Position numbers and translations under genes: made by a program. Of a stretch of DNA of 64,000 nt, positions 63,638-64,000 are shown piece by piece. This DNA comes from Ramazzottius varieornatus (Eukaryota; Animalia; Tardigrada), in NCBI GenBank assembly GCA_001949185.1, contig BDGG01000007.1:248001-312000 (forward strand). The letters run 5' to 3'. Every line of letters starts with the position of its first letter. Positions within the stretch are counted from its first letter, which is position 1. A model generated the notes under the pieces. That model did not search any database. It was not told the DNA's origin and saw nothing but the letters and a program-made list of their open reading frames with translations.

Positions 63638-64000
63638 AGAGATGGTAAATTTCAGAGTACTTTATTCTTCAAATATTTTGCGGATATCCATCCACTACCC
63701 CTGCTCACCATTGCAAAACAGAGACTGGGTCCCTCTGCCGGGGATTAGACTAAATATCAAACACAATATTGACATAAACGAAACGCTCTCTATATCGCTG
63801 TTGAACAGACGCCTGAACACGTGTCGTTTCAGATTTTATCGACGTCGTAAAAACGTGCATCCTACCTACGGATCCCTCTGAATTTTCTCTATTGCAGTAT
63901 TTATTCGCCCTGTCTCGACCATATATAATTATCCGCGCAGATCGCCTGGCTCGTAAGCCTGCAACTTGGTTCTCATACGGGCAACGCCCTAAATCGTGTG

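Overview
Gene-dense window from a compact invertebrate (protostome-like) animal genome. Most introns are short (about 55-80 bp) and GT-AG, and there is one 50-N gap. In order it contains: the 5' part of MCM3; a decayed 53BP1-like paralog; ARV1; a dead pogo/Tigger-type transposon; a young non-autonomous hAT element; an apparently intact, unusually compact 53BP1-like gene with two tandem-Tudor modules; an SLC9B/NHA antiporter; an orphan/repeat zone around the gap; a divergent, catalytically dead and probably pseudogenised Piwi-like gene; SCOT/OXCT paralog A; SmB; an RRM + RGG + N/Q prion-like protein; BTBD1/2; SCOT paralog B; ANKRD13; ARMC8; SLC35B1; neurofibromin (NF1); and troponin T. The main unexplained structure is a family of modular palindromic elements of about 125 bp (core CAAGTGGCGCACG-N~23-CGTGCGCCACTTG inside ~50-bp inverted arms). 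I found it by eye at 19 loci with about 28 hairpin cores, almost all in introns, and reciprocally present/absent in the matching introns of paralogous genes. Gene models were spliced by eye and homologies come from recalled family motifs, not database searches, so boundaries are approximate.
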